Of a stretch of 64,000 nucleotides of DNA, positions 61,923-64,000 are shown in pieces. The notes beneath the pieces were generated by a model. The model worked only from the letters and a program-made list of their open reading frames with translations. It was not told where the DNA came from and made no database searches. The stretch is from NCBI GenBank assembly GCA_051362555.1, contig CM120646.1, positions 5,456,001-5,520,000 of the forward strand. Direction: 5' to 3'. The stretch's first letter is position 1; every line of letters begins with the position of its first letter. The translations under genes and the position numbers were made by a program. Source of the stretch: Lingula anatina. Lineage: Eukaryota; Animalia; Brachiopoda.

Positions 61923-64000
61923 GTTAGCATGTTACTTTGAAATCTGAAAACAGGTTTTAACTGAATATAAAACTATGCAAGAGGTCCATTTGAATTATGG
62001 AGAGCAAGTGCCCACTGAAAAACGCCAATTCTTTTAACCCTATCATTGGATTCTATTCATTATGTATATCGAGTCATTTTCTAGCCTGTTATAGTTTTCA
62101 TACAGATATGAAAAAAAGTGTTTAAGATTGTCTCAAGTTAATCCTATAATATGTCAAGTAGATAACCTACCAACTAGTATTTTTTGTACAAGCACCAATT
62201 TAAAATTTGTATAGAAATGAATAGAAGTAGACATGAGAATGGCGAACATTAAATGTTCCAATGATTATATCATAAAGTGAGTTTAGAGTCAAATTTGTGT
62301 ATGTTTAATCTAGATCTATGTTGGATTTTATATTTCTTATTTTGTTATTATTTTTTGCCACACATTTGTAAACCCTGGAATGTTTCAGTTTGTTTTTGGA
62401 CCATATGTTGCATTTTATACCCATACTGCATTTTACTTTTTGCACAATTTTTTGGGGGCATTTTAAGTCGATTTGTATGTTGAATTTTTTAAAGGACGTA
62501 TAGTTCTTATTTCATGATTTTTTGTCTTTTATGAATTTCATAAAATGAAAATACTCACAATTGTACACATTACTTAAATTTATTTTGAATTTAGATTTTC
62601 AATTTCATAATGACAGAGTGTTAAGTGTTTCTTGTCACAATTTCATGACTTTTATATCCTCGTCTTCCAGTCATTACAAATTATGTACACACAAATTAAA
62701 TATATATTTGCAGAACTTGCAATTGCCAATGCAGAAAATTGTAATGTCATATCAAATATGCCTCTTTCGTATGTATACAGGTACTTATGCTTCTGATGTT
62801 AAAGTTTCCATCAGCTTTGCAAAAAGAAGTTGATTATATGAATAGTCTGATGCGTATACACAGATGTGGTACCAGAGGTAATTTCCATTAGGTCTTGTTT
62901 GAAATGTGGTTAGTGTTCATTATATAATCATAAAATGTAATCAAAGACTGTAGCATAGTGTACAAAAGAAACAAGTTTTGTTGAAAGGATTGTATGAAGT
63001 GAAAGACTTTTGTTTCATCTTGTCTGTATTTAGGATAAGGAAAAGCAGTGAAGTGAATGAGGATTTCAAAGTTCCAACGCAAAAAGTTGTTTTTAAATCA
63101 GGTAGAAGGCTATACTCTGTAGTGTATACCAAACATCCGATTGACAGTTTAACTTACAAGGATGGACACAATTTGCATTTTTGTTACATTTTACAAAGCA
63201 CATGAATACATATCATGTATTTAAATGTATAAGAGAGAAACCATGACATCAGCATGTATAGTGTAGTTAGTTACTCAAATATCATCAAGACTGTATCTTG
63301 CCAATCACCCATGACCATTTAAAAAGATCATAATCATATGTTTGATATATACAGCCCATTAACTGGCCTCAAAATATGTATTCACCAGTTTTATACAATT
63401 AAGTGTACATATATTTCAAGTAATATATAAGGCACATTTTGCTGTGACATGTTACAGATACCATGACGTGGTAAGATATTTTTAAGCACTTCCCATGATA
63501 AACAAATGTAGATGGAGCCACTTTAATGGGCTTGTTATTCATTGCCATGCTTGGTTTAAAAGTGTGAATGCCAATTGGTGCTTTAATTGTCACTTTTTTC
63601 TTGAAGATCTGACTTTTTTCTTCCGTATGTTTTTAATATGTTAATGATGAAAATAAGTTTTGTTTCAAGCTGATGCAGAATTCTCCTGAAGAAAACGGTG
63701 ACTGCTCATCATTTAAGAAGTTTTCTCATTTTGTGAGTTTATTGAATCGATCACAGCACTAGGCTTTTCAGTTTTGTGGGAAGAGGTTACCAATGTTAAG
63801 ATGACCTTGGACAATTTCAATGTGGCAAATGCCAAACATGAGTTAATTGGCTATTATATACTGTTTTTTTATAAAAAGCCAAATAATTTAGCCCACATAT
63901 TTCACAAAATAGTTTTTTGAAAGGAAAAGTATGTAAACAAAATTTGGAATTAACCTCTTTGTTCATCTGATTTAAAGAGTTGCGTAATCCAGGCAAAAAT

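Noticed and set aside
1-64000. tRNA, rRNA or autonomous transposon/retroelement
   Set aside because: No cloverleaf or A/B-box pattern, rRNA similarity, or RT/transposase ORF recognised by eye. tRNAscan-SE, Infernal and RepeatMasker would be decisive.

Overview
This is AT-rich, intron-rich animal genomic DNA, most likely from a lophotrochozoan such as a mollusc (inferred, not proven). There is no prokaryotic content. Two + strand genes lie head-to-tail. (1) The 3' end of a fibrocystin-L (PKHD1L1-like) gene, 30-8562, has 16 phase-consistent GT-AG exons. It includes a tandem-duplicated 105-nt exon pair that looks mutually exclusive, an RKKR furin site, a juxtamembrane SEA-like GSIIV module, one TM helix and a ~92-aa tail. 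(2) A complete Gli/cubitus interruptus transcription factor gene of the Gli2/3 type has 17 coding exons, 29730-61317, encoding ~1597 aa. It carries the SYGHL SUFU motif, five C2H2 fingers, a PKA cluster and the conserved C-terminal motif. Its probable promoter is at ~10.4 kb, followed by ~40 kb of 5' introns. Those introns contain two perfect GLI sites (GACCACCCA), candidate alternative non-coding exons and promoters, nested palindromic MITEs, ~170-bp CAGG..CCTG elements with 5-bp target duplications, and tandem repeats. All gene models were built by eye from splice signals and reading-frame phase; no database search was run.
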